Shown here piece after piece: positions 30,546 through 32,000 of a stretch of DNA of 32,000 nucleotides. The notes below the pieces were generated by a model that did not search any database, was not told where the DNA came from, and worked only from the letters and a program-made list of their open reading frames with translations. How positions within the stretch are numbered: position 1 is the stretch's first letter; each line of letters opens with the position of its first letter. The DNA lies in NCBI RefSeq assembly GCF_000829155.1, contig NZ_AP013293.1, positions 210,001 through 242,000 of the forward strand, read 5' to 3'. The position numbers were made by a program, and so were the translations under genes. This DNA is from Candidatus Karelsulcia muelleri PSPU (GTDB taxonomy: Bacteria; Bacteroidota; Bacteroidia; Flavobacteriales; Blattabacteriaceae).

Positions 30546-31424
30546 TTAATAGATAGATAATTTTTTTTTATTAAGTAAAATTTTTACTACTTTATCGAGT
30601 ATTCCATTAATATAAATTTTACTTTTTTTTGTTGAAAAAATTTTTGTTATTTCTATATATTCATTTAATGTTACTTTAAATGGAATTTTTTTAAAAAAAA
30701 TTAATTCACATATAGCCATTTGTAAAATGATTAAATTTATTATAGATAATTTTGTTATTTTCCAATTTTGGGATATTTTTTCTATTAAAATATTGAAATA
30801 TTTTTGATAAAAAATCGTATTTTTATATAAAAATTTAATAAAATTAATTTGTTTTTTATTTTTATATATATTTATATATATAATTTTTTTTTTTTTTATT
30901 AAAAAAAAAAAATTATAAACTATAATATGTGTTATATTTATATTAATAAAACATGTAAGATCATAATTTTTTAAAAATTTATATAAAAATTTGTTTTTAG
31001 AAAAACAATATTTATAATATTTTAAAATAAATTCTTTATCTCTATAAAATTCGTATTTTTTTTTATTTAAAACTAAATTAATAGTTTTTAATTTTTTTAA
31101 TAAAAACTTTAAAAGTTTTTTTTTATATAAAAAATTTATTTTATAATTATAAAAAATTATTTTTTTTTTTTTTGAAAGTAATTCAATTAAAGAATTTTTT
31201 TTAAAAAAATAAAAATTATAATTTATTTTATCAAATTTTTTTTTTATTATAATCTTTCTTAAGATTATTATTAAATTTAAAAAAAAAATATAAATATCAT
31301 ATATGTAATATATGCTTTCAAAAAGTGTTTTTTCTAAAAAATTACTATCTGTATTAGATAAATAATATGCATATAAAAATTGCATTACTCTAATTCTCAA
31401 ATTTCTTCTTATTAAGAATTTCAA
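30546..31424 (-). CDS. nusB: Transcription antitermination factor NusB (long Bacteroidota form, heavily eroded)
   Basis: N-terminal RRNLRIRVMQFLYAY and C-terminal ELIFFKKIPFKVTLNEYIEITKIFSTKKSKIYINGILDKV match NusB landmarks. The middle is low-complexity K/I/N/F. Confidence 0.65.
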   Translation of the reverse strand: MKFLIRRNLRIRVMQFLYAYYLSNTDSNFLEKTLFESIYYIYDIYIFFLNLIIILRKIIIKKKFDKINYNFYFFKKNSLIELLSKKKKIIFYNYKINFLYKKKLLKFLLKKLKTINLVLNKKKYEFYRDKEFILKYYKYCFSKNKFLYKFLKNYDLTCFININITHIIVYNFFFLIKKKKIIYINIYKNKKQINFIKFLYKNTIFYQKYFNILIEKISQNWKITKLSIINLIILQMAICELIFFKKIPFKVTLNEYIEITKIFSTKKSKIYINGILDKVVKILLNKKKLSIY

Positions 31425-31665
31425 TTTTTTTATATAAAATTATTATTATAGTTAATATATTGATATTAACAAAAATTATATTAATACATGATAAAAATAA
31501 TTTTTAAAGTTAAAAAAAAAATAATAAATAAAAAATATAATTTCTATATTAATATAGATTAATATTATTATTAAATAATAATTTTTTTTTATTCTTAAAA
31601 AAAAGAAATTAATATAATTTTTAAAAAAAAAAATATATAATATATTTTATAAAAATATAATTTAA

Positions 31666-32000
31666 TTAAGTACATAGATAAAATCTTAAAATATTTTTTC
31701 GTGAAGATTTTTTTAATCTTCTAAGACCATATATTTCTATTTGTCGACAACGTTCTCTAGTTAAATTTAATAAAAATGATATTTCTTCTAAATTAATAGT
31801 AGAACTTTCCAATCCATAATGTAATGTTATTATTTGAGCTTCTTTTTCTGAAAGAGTATCTAATAATCTTTTTATATCTTTTTTAAGAGATTCTTTTTCT
31901 AAATCTAAATCAGTATGAGTATATTCATCATATTTAATGATATCATATAAATTAGAATTTTCTCCTTCTATAATAGGAGCATCTAAAGATGTATGTTTAA
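31666..32000 (-). CDS. rpoD: RNA polymerase sigma-70 factor (RpoD-like), C-terminal regions 3-4 only; the 5' part lies outside the window
   Basis: This ORF is not in the ORF track (no start in the window). My minus-strand translation is open to the window edge. It reads ..SLDAPIIEGENSNLYDII..LSEKEAQIITLHYGLESSTINLEEISFLLNLTRERCRQIEIYGLRRLKK..*, a typical sigma-70 region 4.2 HTH, ending at TAA (complement of 31666-31668). Confidence 0.8.
   Translation of the reverse strand, partial: KHTSLDAPIIEGENSNLYDIIKYDEYTHTDLDLEKESLKKDIKRLLDTLSEKEAQIITLHYGLESSTINLEEISFLLNLTRERCRQIEIYGLRRLKKSSRKNILRFYLCT

Noticed and set aside
31543-31558. Perfect 16-bp palindrome TCTATATTAATATAGA between rpoD and nusB, considered as an operator or terminator
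   Set aside because: As a hairpin it gives only about 6 bp of stem. Chance expectation in this A/T content is high and no partner regulator is known. It is noted only as a weak candidate rpoD terminator.

Overview
This window is extremely A+T-rich (by eye well above 80% A+T, not computed) and very gene-dense. I count about 31 protein genes and 4 tRNAs. Most spacers are under 100 bp and several gene ends overlap. Every stop codon I checked is TAA, and the ORFs are intact under the standard code. The protein set looks Bacteroidota/Flavobacteriales-like: the GroEL sequence, a DUF3127 protein, a START-like protein, a fused DAHP synthase/chorismate mutase and a long NusB. Together with the genome erosion, this points to a tiny-genome obligate insect endosymbiont, Sulcia-, Blattabacterium- or Shikimatogenerans-like. 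The taxon cannot be fixed without a database search. Gene content in window order: tRNA-Leu (partial), START-like protein, tRNA-Met, truncated alaS, sucA, sucB, tatC, smpB, DUF59/SufT-like, DUF3127, groEL-groES, miaB, sufBCDS, infB, DAHP synthase/chorismate mutase, pheA, asd, rpsT, tRNA-Glu, aroA, rpsP, tRNA-Gln, greA, gyrB, rsmG, an aspC-like aminotransferase, map, rpmF, pdhB, fbaA, nusB and the 3' end of rpoD. I found no rRNA, CRISPR array, mobile element, toxin or defence genes, and no convincing novel multi-gene system. Five observations stand out. (1) alaS is cut down to its catalytic core and its stop overlaps the sucA start. (2) The conserved N-terminus of infB is reachable from an ATG only through a +1 shift inside an A16 tract. 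(3) The small DUF3127 protein ends in an SSB-like acidic tail. (4) An ~8 kb co-directional gene block is punctuated by two tRNAs with 1-16 nt spacers. (5) A15-A18 lysine-codon tracts sit in frame inside essential genes. All functional calls come from motif recognition by eye. No searches were run.
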